The translations under genes and the position numbers were made by a program. A model generated the notes under the pieces. It was not told where the DNA came from. It searched no databases and saw only the letters and a list, made by a program, of their open reading frames with translations. From Promethearchaeota archaeon (GTDB lineage: Archaea > Asgardarchaeota > Lokiarchaeia > Sigyniarchaeales > SOKP01), in NCBI GenBank assembly GCA_048939015.1, contig JBHLPW010000002.1, forward strand, positions 88,743 to 152,742: 64,000 bases of DNA, read 5' to 3'. Below are positions 57,613-64,000 of the stretch, piece after piece; the first letter of the stretch is position 1, and each line of letters starts with the position of its first letter.

Positions 57613-58788
57613 CTAAAAACTTAGGGGATAATTACCATACTTATGAGTTGCCTCAATCATCCATTTTAAATTTTGAACTTTAACCGCTGGGTGCATATTT
57701 GCTGCACTAACCATAAAACCACCTCCAGGTCCACCAGTTTTAATAGCAAATTTGACTGCATCAAAAACTTCTTCTTTCGTTCCATATGTTAAAACATGAG
57801 CAACATCAATATTACCCATAAGACAGAGTTTATGGCCTACTTTTTTCTTTATTAATGCTAAATCAACGCCGGCAGTAGGTTCAAGAGATTGGAGCCCATC
57901 AAACCCACAATTCATAATAAAATCTAAGAGTGGAGTTATTTGGCCATCAGAGTGCAGTACTATTTTGCCCCCTCTTTCATGAACAGTTTCAGTAATTATT
58001 TTATAACCGGGTTGGACCAATTCTGTGAACTTTTTTGGGCTCATCATAGGACCAGTTTTATAAGCAAGGTCTCCAGATTCAACAAATACTTCTGCACCCG
58101 CGTCCATATAGCTCTTATATAATTCTGCGGTAAATTGGGCAATCACGGTATGAACTTCTTTTATAAAATCAGGGTCTTTTTTTAACATTCTCGCATAAAA
58201 AGGCCATCCTAATCCTTGGTTGGCTGCTTCAAAAGTTCCAAGGTAATCATTAGTGACAATGACAAATATTTTATCTTTATGTCTCTTATTAATCCTTCTA
58301 AAGAATTTTTTCACAATTTTTTTATATTTTTCAGTAGCAGGTCCTTCAATGTTTTCTCGAACTTCTTTCCATCTATCTTTCGAGTTTGTTGTACCATATA
58401 GATAATAAGGATTAAAATTACCTTCATTATTCAATACTGACCATACTCTACCATAAATATCCCCCAAAAGGAGCGTTCCATTTTGATCTTCTCCTATTGC
58501 ATAAAATGGGATAACTCCAACTTGCATAGCATCTAATCCTATTTTTGCTGCAGCTTCAACACAGCGAGAAAATACAGTTGTTTCAATTCCTTCAATCAAA
58601 TTACTCATTTCTGCAATCCAACCTTCAGGATTATATGCTTTAACCTGTTCCAAAGTACCAAAATCATCAACTTCAGGTTTTCCGAGAATTTCATCACTGT
58701 TATTAGCATCAATCAGAATTGTGTGACAAGGTACACGATCTGGTTCTTCTAAATTAAGAGCAGCAAGAACTCTCTCTCTACATTCCAA
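57613..58788 (-). CDS. Uroporphyrinogen decarboxylase / MtaA-CmuA family protein
   Basis: RERVLAALNLEEPDRVP, GDLAYKTGPMMSP, LHSDG, LMGNID, GPGGGF. Confidence 0.88.
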   Translation of the reverse strand: MECRERVLAALNLEEPDRVPCHTILIDANNSDEILGKPEVDDFGTLEQVKAYNPEGWIAEMSNLIEGIETTVFSRCVEAAAKIGLDAMQVGVIPFYAIGEDQNGTLLLGDIYGRVWSVLNNEGNFNPYYLYGTTNSKDRWKEVRENIEGPATEKYKKIVKKFFRRINKRHKDKIFVIVTNDYLGTFEAANQGLGWPFYARMLKKDPDFIKEVHTVIAQFTAELYKSYMDAGAEVFVESGDLAYKTGPMMSPKKFTELVQPGYKIITETVHERGGKIVLHSDGQITPLLDFIMNCGFDGLQSLEPTAGVDLALIKKKVGHKLCLMGNIDVAHVLTYGTKEEVFDAVKFAIKTGGPGGGFMVSAANMHPAVKVQNLKWMIEATHKYGNYPLSF

Positions 58789-58865
58789 ATTAATCTCACT
58801 TTTCGACCATTAATATATTTCTTTTGAACTATTTAATCTTTCAATTGTGAAAAATATAATTGGTT

Positions 58866-60071
58866 TTATTTAGTGATTAACCTTAAAAATTTAACAAGCA
58901 TGTCAGGATTCTTAGATATTAATCTCACAAAAAAGGAGATTACTAAAGGATTTTTTATTAGCTTTAAAATTAAAGCTTTTGGAAAATCCATATCACCATA
59001 AATATTAATTAAATTCTCGATTTTATTAATTTTTACTATTTCAAATAATTTTATAAAGTCATTTTTATCTAACCTTTCCAGAATCAACCTAATTAAATAA
59101 TGAAGTTTCAATTCTTTTCCAATAGTTAGGCGACAAGGAATTTCATAATATTTTTTAATCATATTTCTTGAAAAATTATCAAACTTAAAACAATTTTTAA
59201 TGCAATTAGCAGCATACTTTGCTGCCGTTAAAAGCATTATAATACCCCCTCCTGTTGTTGCTTTCACCTGACATGCTGAATCACCTAATAATAAAACATT
59301 TTCAAAAGCAAGTTTATTCATCAATCCGTAGGGTATTATTCCCCCTTGTTGATCAATTCTGTGATTAGAACTAATTTTTAGATTATTTAAGAAAGTTTGA
59401 AACTTTTTATGTATATTTTTAGAAGTTGCTATTCCAATACGGTAAATTTTGTTTCCCTCTGGCACAATCCAACCAAATAATTCACTCCATCGCCGATTAA
59501 AAAATAAAACCGCTTCATTTTCATCAAATTGACCTTTAATTCGAATCTGGGAAGCAAATAAATTATTATTTTTTACACCTAATATCTTTCCCACAGACGA
59601 TAAAGGTCCATCACATCCAACCAAAATATTAGCTCTTATATTTCGCTTATTAGTCTTTATTAGAACTAGTTTTTTGTGATTATGTTTTACAATTTTAAGG
59701 TTTTTAAATTTTTCTCCAAGATTATATTGGATATTGTTATTATGTTTTATCTTTTCATAAAATAAACGATCTAATCCAATCCTATCAATAATATATGGTT
59801 TTTCATTTCCAGATAATTTAATATATTTTCCTGCTGGTGCTACAATTTTAGCTGTTTTTACACGATTCAGTATAAGTTCTGGAGGTAATTCAATTAATTT
59901 ACTTAATTTTTGAGAGACAATACCTGCACATTGAAGAGGTACTCCTATTTGATCATGCTCTTCTATGACTATTATTTTTAAGCTTGTTTTGGATAATAAA
60001 TAACTTAGATAATTACCTGCAATACTCCCACCAATAATACATACATCAAAAACAGCTAATTCTCTATCCAT
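58866..60071 (-). CDS. Geranylgeranyl reductase family (digeranylgeranylglycerophospholipid reductase-like)
   Basis: DVCIIGGSIAG, PLQCAG, VGCDGPLS, FGWIVP, LLGDSACQVKATTGGGI. Confidence 0.85.
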   Translation of the reverse strand: MDRELAVFDVCIIGGSIAGNYLSYLLSKTSLKIIVIEEHDQIGVPLQCAGIVSQKLSKLIELPPELILNRVKTAKIVAPAGKYIKLSGNEKPYIIDRIGLDRLFYEKIKHNNNIQYNLGEKFKNLKIVKHNHKKLVLIKTNKRNIRANILVGCDGPLSSVGKILGVKNNNLFASQIRIKGQFDENEAVLFFNRRWSELFGWIVPEGNKIYRIGIATSKNIHKKFQTFLNNLKISSNHRIDQQGGIIPYGLMNKLAFENVLLLGDSACQVKATTGGGIIMLLTAAKYAANCIKNCFKFDNFSRNMIKKYYEIPCRLTIGKELKLHYLIRLILERLDKNDFIKLFEIVKINKIENLINIYGDMDFPKALILKLIKNPLVISFFVRLISKNPDMLVKFLRLITK

Positions 60072-60129
60072 TATAAAATCTAATGATAATTAATAATTAG
60101 AAGTTTTTGGAAGGAATAAGTTAATGTTT

Positions 60130-61152
60130 TCATTGTATATATTTCATTTCTTCTTGAGGGATTTCTCTAAATCCAAGAGAGAGCATCATTCCATATACAA
60201 TTCCCAATACAATATTTACGAAAAGGGAATTACTATCAAGGGATAAATCAGTTCGAGGTAATAATTCTGGAAGTATTTTTTCTAGAATATATTTAGTTTC
60301 TGGTTTCTCATTATAATATTCCGTGATGAGGTTCTTAAATTTCCTCATGAATTCTTCATGCTCAATTATTATTTGCCGAACATTGTTCTGTCCAGAAACA
60401 ATACCAAAATGTCCATAACCTGCCTTTAAAGGTTTCAATTTTTTTAGATTTTCTAAAGAGTTCATGTAATCTTCATGATTATAATATATTGGCATGGAAG
60501 TGGGCATTGTTAATAATTTTGAATCATGATATATAGTTCCAGCAGCTTCTCCCAAAAAAATAAAATCAATAGAATTATTTTTAATTAAGACTGGAGTTTG
60601 GTGATCAGGAGTGTGACCTGGTGTTTTTAAAATAGCCAATTTTATTTCTGAATTATTTATATTAAATGTATCAACAATGTCAAGATTTTCAGGATTTGAA
60701 GTAAAATTTGTACTTGGTTCAATTATTTCAAATGCTTTATCTTCAATAGCTTTCATTTCGCCTACCAAATTTCCGTATGTACTTCTTCCACGAGCTAGAT
60801 GATGTTCATAATCATTCAAAAGTAACTTAGTGGTTGCGTTAGTAAGTATTTTTACCTCAGGATTATACTTTTTTATTATTTCATATAATTTCCATAGACC
60901 ACCATTGTGGTCAAAGTGATGATGGGAAGTTATTAGATATTTGAATGATGACAAGGGGATATGATTTTTTTTGAAGTATCTTATTCCTTTTTTGACATCC
61001 AAAGAAGAACCACAATCAAAAAGAATCGAACAATCTTCAAATTCCCCTAAAAACGAGGATAACATTCTTGTAGTACCATAAGATCTCATATCAATATGAT
61101 GCAAGTATTCATTAACTTTCCCCGAATTAAGAATTATAGCCTCGTTATCCAT
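60130..61152 (-). CDS. MBL-fold metallo-hydrolase
   Basis: FDCG, TSHHHFDHNGG (HxHxDH), TPGHTPDH, GHFG; ends in TGA. Confidence 0.9.
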   Translation of the reverse strand: MDNEAIILNSGKVNEYLHHIDMRSYGTTRMLSSFLGEFEDCSILFDCGSSLDVKKGIRYFKKNHIPLSSFKYLITSHHHFDHNGGLWKLYEIIKKYNPEVKILTNATTKLLLNDYEHHLARGRSTYGNLVGEMKAIEDKAFEIIEPSTNFTSNPENLDIVDTFNINNSEIKLAILKTPGHTPDHQTPVLIKNNSIDFIFLGEAAGTIYHDSKLLTMPTSMPIYYNHEDYMNSLENLKKLKPLKAGYGHFGIVSGQNNVRQIIIEHEEFMRKFKNLITEYYNEKPETKYILEKILPELLPRTDLSLDSNSLFVNIVLGIVYGMMLSLGFREIPQEEMKYIQ

Positions 61153-61248
61153 AAGAGAAGTAATTTATTATGTTATAATAAGTATTTTATTATAAAAATA
61201 AACAGTTAAATAGAGATATAAGATTAAAAATAATAAAAAAAGAATCTC

Positions 61249-63456
61249 TTAAAGATTGAGTTTTTGCTTCCAAATTTTCATTGAAAGTTTAAGTTCTTCC
61301 TTTTCAGGGTGACTTAATATCTCAGATTTATCCTTAAGCTCTGTACTAGTATTATGAATGCTTTTTAACACACTATTATATCCTTCTCTCTTAACATATT
61401 CATTTTGAAATCTTTCTAATGCTGCTGAAACTTCTCTACCTGTTAATGTATCAAGATTATTCAAAACATCATGGAATTGTTTTGATAGGAATGTCTCTTT
61501 TGGAACTTCCAAAGGTTCTTCCTTTACCTCTTTACGTTCTTCAGGGGGGATGATTATTGTAGGTTTTGTTATAATTGGCTCTTCTTTTAATGGTGCTTCT
61601 AATTGAGGTTTTGTTTCTAAAGACACTGGTTTTTTAATTGCACGCATTACTTCTTTTCGTGCCCCCACCCAAGCATCTTCAAGAATAGGTACAAAAATTT
61701 TAATATGTTCTTCAATAATACTTCCAATTCCCGCGATTTCAGTAACATAATCTCCTCTAATTTCTGTTTTTGAGAGAACGCATAAAATAACTTCTTCATA
61801 GTCTTTATTTATTCCCCATAAATTTTGTAGAGCTCGATTTCTATAATCTACATTATCCATGTTATCCATTTCTCGCATAATAGCTTCATGTATAGGATTT
61901 GTAGGGTCAATATTTGCAGCAATTCTAAAATTAATGCGTGATGGACGGGTTTTAATTACGTCTATATCAACGTCAGAAAGGGTTGGAGCAACAATTAAGA
62001 CTCGCATCTTTGCGTTTGAAATTTCTTCATTTATGTGAGCTTTAGCTGCTTCTGGAGATCGAATAAACCAGATATCTTTCATAGTGAACCCTCTCTGGCT
62101 TTTCGCTTGATCCCAAAATTCGCGTGTAGTAACTTCACTAACTTCTAATCTTTGTAAAATATCTGATAAAGTCTGATCTAGTGTGTCAATAATTCCTTTT
62201 CCAAAGAGTTCTTTTATATTCCCAAAAGACTCAAAAATACCTCCAGAAAGACCATCGATACGTTGTTCTGCTAATTTTACTGCTTCATTAAAATTATTTG
62301 AAATATTTGCAAACATCTTTTCCTTATCCTCTCCTGATTTTGATTTGATAGATTCAATATTCTTTGCCGCATCCTCAAGTGAATCCTTTAATTTAGAAAT
62401 AATTTCTGTGTTTAATCCTTGTGTCGCTTTTTTCAATTCATCGGCAAATACGGTTTGACTCACACTTAATTGAACATTTAGATTATCAGTTATATCCTTT
62501 AAACGTGTAGAAATAACGCCGTCAATAATATCACCTACTGCTTGTTGAATCACTCCTAAACGGAGTTTCTGCAAATTATCGGTAATCGTCGTTTTGATAT
62601 CACCAAATTGATTTTTTAAATCATCAACCTGATTTTTAATGATTTGAGATGTTCTTGTATTAAGGTTTTCAAATTGTCTTGAAAGAGAACCAATTTGATC
62701 ATCGGACAGAGTTTTAGATAAATCTCCAATATTAGATATATCATCTGTAATTGTTCTAATTTGATCAATTGCAGAAATTGTATCATTAAATTCTTTCTTT
62801 TGAGCGTGAATTTGAGTAAGCATTTTTTCTTTCAAATCACTCATTACAGCGCCAGAATCCTTCATTTTCTCCATATCTTTAGCTTCAACTTGAAGTTGAG
62901 CAAAAGATTTATCTAATTGCTTTGGAATAGTAGCTTTAATATCTGCTATATATTTATAGAATCTCTTTAATTGCGCAATTAAAGCAGCATATGGTGGCAA
63001 TGCTTGATAATGGGGAGTTGCACCAACGATCTCCTTAAATAACCCTTTCTCTACAAATTTTTCTGCTATTTCTTTACATTTTTCTTTTGGTTTATCAATT
63101 AGAATTGCCATTTCTCCAATCGATACAGCTTCTCGTCCTGTTGTTCGAAAGTAAAGATCTATTTCTTCATCTGTAAGATCAATCTCACTTAAGACTTGTT
63201 TTGTTAATTCTTTAGAATAAGCAACATCCTTATCTTTTTCAATTACATCTTTAATTTCAAAATTTTCGACTTCTAGGTATTGATTAATAAAAGCTATTAG
63301 TTTATGAGGAGGGTCTCCATGAACATTTTCTTTTTTAATCGGAAATTTAGTAATTCTTTTATACTCATCTATTGTAACTGGAAATTTTATTTCTTTTAAA
63401 CAAATTTTGCATGTAATAGAGACGTCGACTATATCTTTATCTTTAAATTGATACAT
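61249..63456 (-). CDS. TrmB-like protein: Zn-finger-like N-terminus, TrmB-type HTH, long coiled coil, PLD-like effector domain
   Basis: CKIC...H...H; 'LTDEEIDLYF..TG...SIGEMAIL...FVEKGLF...YQALPP'; about 300-aa helical region; 'AHINEEISNAKMRVLIVAP'. Confidence 0.6.
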   Translation of the reverse strand: MYQFKDKDIVDVSITCKICLKEIKFPVTIDEYKRITKFPIKKENVHGDPPHKLIAFINQYLEVENFEIKDVIEKDKDVAYSKELTKQVLSEIDLTDEEIDLYFRTTGREAVSIGEMAILIDKPKEKCKEIAEKFVEKGLFKEIVGATPHYQALPPYAALIAQLKRFYKYIADIKATIPKQLDKSFAQLQVEAKDMEKMKDSGAVMSDLKEKMLTQIHAQKKEFNDTISAIDQIRTITDDISNIGDLSKTLSDDQIGSLSRQFENLNTRTSQIIKNQVDDLKNQFGDIKTTITDNLQKLRLGVIQQAVGDIIDGVISTRLKDITDNLNVQLSVSQTVFADELKKATQGLNTEIISKLKDSLEDAAKNIESIKSKSGEDKEKMFANISNNFNEAVKLAEQRIDGLSGGIFESFGNIKELFGKGIIDTLDQTLSDILQRLEVSEVTTREFWDQAKSQRGFTMKDIWFIRSPEAAKAHINEEISNAKMRVLIVAPTLSDVDIDVIKTRPSRINFRIAANIDPTNPIHEAIMREMDNMDNVDYRNRALQNLWGINKDYEEVILCVLSKTEIRGDYVTEIAGIGSIIEEHIKIFVPILEDAWVGARKEVMRAIKKPVSLETKPQLEAPLKEEPIITKPTIIIPPEERKEVKEEPLEVPKETFLSKQFHDVLNNLDTLTGREVSAALERFQNEYVKREGYNSVLKSIHNTSTELKDKSEILSHPEKEELKLSMKIWKQKLNL

Positions 63457-63485
63457 TTTTTTAAATCATCTCTCATTTTTTTTTC

Positions 63486-64000
63486 TTAAAATGATACCTT
63501 CTCAGGATATGTTATTTCTAATAAACTAAGAGCTTTTTTAGCGATTTCATATGTAATTACCCCATCAGAATCTGGTGACTTATATGCTGCTCTAATTTTA
63601 GGTAGTAAATACTCTGGAAAAATTATTAATGGCTTAATATCCGTTAATAGACAAATCCACTTTCTATCATTATCATCTACAATCTCTGTTATAATATTCA
63701 AATGCCTCAAATCGTCCAACAACAGCTCTGTAACGGCAAATTCAGAGAAAATTTTCGGTATTTTATCCAATGGATAATGGTTATGCCTCATTAATATAAA
63801 GAAATCGTAAATATCGGGTGAAAGAAGAATTGAGGCTAGCTTTTTCAAATCATCAATTGGTTGTTCATATGGATCATAGTCTGAGAAATATTCAACCACT
63901 TTTTGTTTGTATAAAGGTAGTAAATCATTTTTTGTATCTTTAAAATGATTTAATAGATTTTCATTAGGTACGCGAGCAAGCATCAAGTCTTTAACAAGAA
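63486..64000 (-). CDS. Hypothetical protein, C-terminal part (N-terminus beyond the window end)
   Basis: The frame stays open upstream of the track's TTG to the window edge. A wHTH-like segment 'LLDDLRHLNIITEI' is present. Confidence 0.65.
   Translation of the reverse strand, partial: LVKDLMLARVPNENLLNHFKDTKNDLLPLYKQKVVEYFSDYDPYEQPIDDLKKLASILLSPDIYDFFILMRHNHYPLDKIPKIFSEFAVTELLLDDLRHLNIITEIVDDNDRKWICLLTDIKPLIIFPEYLLPKIRAAYKSPDSDGVITYEIAKKALSLLEITYPEKVSF

Noticed and set aside
3081-62458. Short antisense or overlapping ORFs in the track (e.g. 3081..3263, 7269..7571, 9299..9610, 21568..21999, 25630..25989, 30073..30297, 51013..51390, 62183..62458)
   Set aside because: They overlap well-supported genes and have no recognisable motifs; treated as shadow ORFs.
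1-64000. IS elements, integrases, prophage genes, rRNA or tRNA genes
   Set aside because: I recognised no transposase, integrase or capsid motifs and no GC-rich structured RNA gene by eye. tRNAscan-SE or Infernal would be needed to exclude them formally.

Overview
This is a gene-dense, very AT-rich (roughly 30% GC by eye) archaeal chromosomal segment, most likely from an Asgard archaeon (Lokiarchaeia-like). The assignment is inferred from five small-GTPase(-like) genes, longin/uDENN-like domains, many TPR proteins, a geranylgeranyl reductase, Hdr/AOR/corrinoid metabolism and a eukaryote-type SECIS hairpin. The main feature missed by the ORF track is a selenoprotein operon. hdrA (22856-24832) has two in-frame UGA codons at conserved Cys positions, mvhD/vhuD (24846-25304, absent from the track) has two more, and a single AUGA/AA/GA SECIS-like stem-loop follows at about 25311-25384, ahead of an FdhB/FrhB-like gene. 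Other notable items: (1) a membrane protein / TPR-longin / Rab-like GTPase / tandem-wHTH-TPR / SIR2-TPR cluster with a shared 23-bp palindrome in two of its promoter regions; (2) a uDENN/longin-GTPase fusion; (3) an HdrC-CCG protein with a whole GltD/NfnB-type flavoprotein inserted into its first CCG domain; (4) a methyltransferase-SCP2 fusion; (5) a class I GAPDH; (6) several small gene remnants. I saw no rRNA, tRNA, CRISPR array or transposase. All family calls come from motif recognition, not database searches.
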